This document shows, piece by piece, positions 39,120 to 40,756 of a stretch of DNA of 40,756 nucleotides. Below the pieces are notes generated by a model. The model had not been told where the DNA came from. It was given only the letters and a program-made list of their open reading frames with translations, and did not search any database. This DNA is from a virus. Made by a program: the position numbers and the translations under genes. Location: IMG/VR virus record IMGVR_UViG_3300029868_000025, one strand, 5' to 3'. How positions within the stretch are numbered: the first letter of the stretch is position 1; each line of letters opens with the position of its first letter.

Positions 39120-39341
39120 CTAACTTAAAAGATCAAAGGGTGTCAATTTTCCCTTGGCTGGGGCGTTGTGCTTTGTGCCACATATGGCGAATCTATCAGC
39201 ATCAACAAAACACTTGGGGCCTATAATGCAGCCAGGGAGAGTTTCATCATCAACCCAGGTTTCAACCTCTTTTAGCGTCGGCCTGCTACCTTCTTCAAAG
39301 GTTTCTTTTATCCATTTTCTAGCTAACACTAAGTGAGCCAT
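39120..39341 (-). CDS. xis: Excisionase (lambda Xis-like)
   Basis: 73 aa immediately upstream of int. RPTLKEVETWVDDETLPGCIIGPKCFVD resembles the Xis winged-helix region. Confidence 0.7.
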   Translation of the reverse strand: MAHLVLARKWIKETFEEGSRPTLKEVETWVDDETLPGCIIGPKCFVDADRFAICGTKHNAPAKGKLTPFDLLS

Positions 39342-39345
39342 AATC

Positions 39346-39714
39346 CTAAGCCTCTATCTTTTTTATAATCGTAACAATAATATCTATTTGCTTCGGTGTT
39401 AATTTTTGATGTTCGCCTGCCTTTAATCGATCTCTAACAAACCCTTTTTCAAAGTCGTTAAGCAGGTCTTGAAAGTCGCCAACTATTCCCAAGACCTCCC
39501 ATTGCTCGGCGGTGATCTTTGTTTTTTTTGCTGGCGGCGTGGTGGCAATCTCTATGCCCTGCACATAATTCCAATAAGCCTCGGCACTGGCTTTGCTTTC
39601 GTTAACAGCTTTCGTTATTGCTGACGGGTCGCCAAGGTTATCAAGGCTTTTGCTTTGTTGGCCAAGCCGAGCTGCAATAAAGGCGGTTTTAAATTCTGTT
39701 TCGTTAAGCTTCAC
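39346..39714 (-). CDS. Hypothetical early protein (122 aa, GTG start)
   Basis: ORF; GTGA overlap with the upstream small ORF. Confidence 0.6.
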   Translation of the reverse strand: MKLNETEFKTAFIAARLGQQSKSLDNLGDPSAITKAVNESKASAEAYWNYVQGIEIATTPPAKKTKITAEQWEVLGIVGDFQDLLNDFEKGFVRDRLKAGEHQKLTPKQIDIIVTIIKKIEA

Positions 39715-39854
39715 GCCGCCACCTCCAGCAATTCATTAAGCCGATCCGCTTCCGCCTCAGTTTTAACAACCTCGCCACAATAGATAATCTGATCCGTTAG
39801 ATTGAGCTTTTTGAATAGCTCGCGTGGTATTTGTTCGCCTGGTTTAATTTTCAT
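39711..39854 (-). CDS. Hypothetical small protein (47 aa)
   Basis: Hand translation MKIKPGEQIPRELFKKLNLTDQIIYCGEVVKTEAEADRLNELLEVAA. ATGA and GTGA overlaps at the two ends. Confidence 0.45.
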   Translation of the reverse strand: MKIKPGEQIPRELFKKLNLTDQIIYCGEVVKTEAEADRLNELLEVAA

Positions 39855-40195
39855 TTTTCATTGCCTGTATAGTGCTTAACTATCTTTGCGTAGATGTCTT
39901 TTATTGTTGGCCAGGTAACGGGGATTTCTTGCGCATAGCTGCCTTCATTGTCGCACTCATCGCACCCGTCGCCGTGGCACTCTGAGCAGTCATAGGTGAC
40001 AGTCTCATTGAACTCACCTAGCAACAGATATTTTGCGCCATTCTCGGCAGTTAACTCCAGGGGTAGTTGATTTGCTTGGGCCTTCTCTAGTCGCGCAATC
40101 GTTTTTCGGTAATACTCGATACAATTGTGCCCGCCGTGCTGTCCGTACCACCAGGTGTGACCGCATTCGCATGTAAATGATTTTGGGTTATTCAT
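39851..40195 (-). CDS. Cys/His-rich early protein, possibly with an Ead/Ea22-like C-terminal region
   Basis: CECGH...HNC and CSECHGDGCDEC clusters. LTAENGAKYLLLGEF...IPVTWPTIKDIY recalls Ead/Ea22 proteins (tentative). Confidence 0.55.
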   Translation of the reverse strand: MNNPKSFTCECGHTWWYGQHGGHNCIEYYRKTIARLEKAQANQLPLELTAENGAKYLLLGEFNETVTYDCSECHGDGCDECDNEGSYAQEIPVTWPTIKDIYAKIVKHYTGNEK

Positions 40196-40228
40196 CGTTT
40201 TTACCCCCTATTATTTAAAACGCTATTC

Positions 40229-40249
40229 CGACAGCAAAGCGTCTTATTT
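40229..40249 (-). repeat. Intercistronic repeat A, copy 2
   Basis: Identical to 183..203. Confidence 0.9.
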
Positions 40250-40549
40250 CTTTAAATCTGCCTCGAATGCATCGAGAACATCAACGCAAAGGAGCTGGAT
40301 TTCATTTTCACCACCAGGAAATTTACCCTCATGGTGGTCGATTAGATGCGCGCCAAAATACGCCACTGTGTCTACCGCCTTAACCATCTGAAATAACGGC
40401 GTTAGCCCCTTCTTTTGGACGTAAGAAGATTCTACGTTTCCGCTTTTGTCACTTATAGAGCCCCATCCATTTTTCACTTTTATCATGGGGCAAGTTCGTG
40501 CCGTTTCTGATTGGCACATCCACCATTCGCCTACTTTTGGTTCATTCAT
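40244..40549 (-). CDS. Hypothetical early protein (101 aa)
   Basis: ORF with a GGAGAAAG RBS. Confidence 0.6.
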   Translation of the reverse strand: MNEPKVGEWWMCQSETARTCPMIKVKNGWGSISDKSGNVESSYVQKKGLTPLFQMVKAVDTVAYFGAHLIDHHEGKFPGGENEIQLLCVDVLDAFEADLKK

Positions 40550-40580
40550 TTAACTTTCTCCTTTACGACATATCTTATAT

Positions 40581-40756
40581 TTAGTCGTTAAATTCACGAC
40601 ACGCTTTGAACATGTGCTCAAATAAATCCAAGCAAGAGAAGGCACCATAAAACACACCAGCAAAAGCCAAACCAAGATAGAACTTAGTCACAATTAAACT
40701 GACCTCGCCGTCAGTCGCCTTAATGTCTATGCCTACAAAGTGCGCAATACCGAACC
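40581..40756 (-). CDS. Small membrane protein, C-terminal part (same gene as 1..166, which crosses the junction)
   Basis: Stop TAA at 40583..40581. The frame is continuous into the terminal repeat. Confidence 0.6.
   Translation of the reverse strand, partial: FGIAHFVGIDIKATDGEVSLIVTKFYLGLAFAGVFYGAFSCLDLFEHMFKACREFND
40664..40756. repeat. Terminal direct repeat, copy 2
   Basis: Identical to 1..93. Confidence 0.95.

Larger units (their letters stand above)
1..40756. mobile_element. Complete temperate lambdoid phage genome (circularly closed contig, unique length ~40,663 bp)
   Basis: Exact 93-bp repeat at both window ends. Integrase/excisionase, CI/Cro switch, replication, lysis, terminase, head and tail genes are present in lambda-like order. 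Confidence 0.9.

Overview
The window is a complete, circularly closed genome of a temperate lambdoid siphovirus-type phage. Bases 1-93 recur exactly at 40664-40756, so the unique length is about 40,663 bp. The host is presumably a gammaproteobacterium. All family names below come from motif recognition by eye; no database search was possible.

Gene order mirrors lambda:
- Packaging and head: a cos-like region (~20100-20190), Nu1-like terS, gpA-like terL, gpW, a lambda-type portal, a ClpP-type protease/major-capsid fusion, a DUF2190-like decoration protein and connectors.
- Tail: tail tube, a G/GT chaperone pair with an A_AAA_AAC -1 slip site, tape measure and distal tail proteins.
- Accessory arm: a minus-strand cassette (TM protein, bPH-domain membrane protein, secreted SNase-type nuclease), an attP built on the 3' 50 nt of a tRNA-Pro gene, a lone HslV/proteasome-beta-like peptidase gene, then int and xis.
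- Leftward early operon: it wraps across the contig junction and carries many small ORFs plus a Sak4-type ATPase / SSB-like / DEDD-exonuclease module.
- Immunity region (~2.7 kb): PL, a two-HTH regulator, three plus-strand cargo genes including an RHH protein, a CI-like repressor whose S24 nucleophile Ser is Ala, and Cro.
- Rightward operon: a LuxR-type regulator, an O-like initiator with internal iterons, DnaB, NinG, a positional Q-like gene followed by a PR'/tR'-like promoter-terminator pair, and an M15 endolysin lysis cassette.
- A tail-fibre module lies between lysis and cos, including a protein with 14 x 22-aa His-containing repeats.

The best candidates for something new are the orphan proteasome-like peptidase between int and attP, the TM/bPH/nuclease cassette at the other attP flank, and the unusually loaded immunity region around an apparently non-cleavable repressor.
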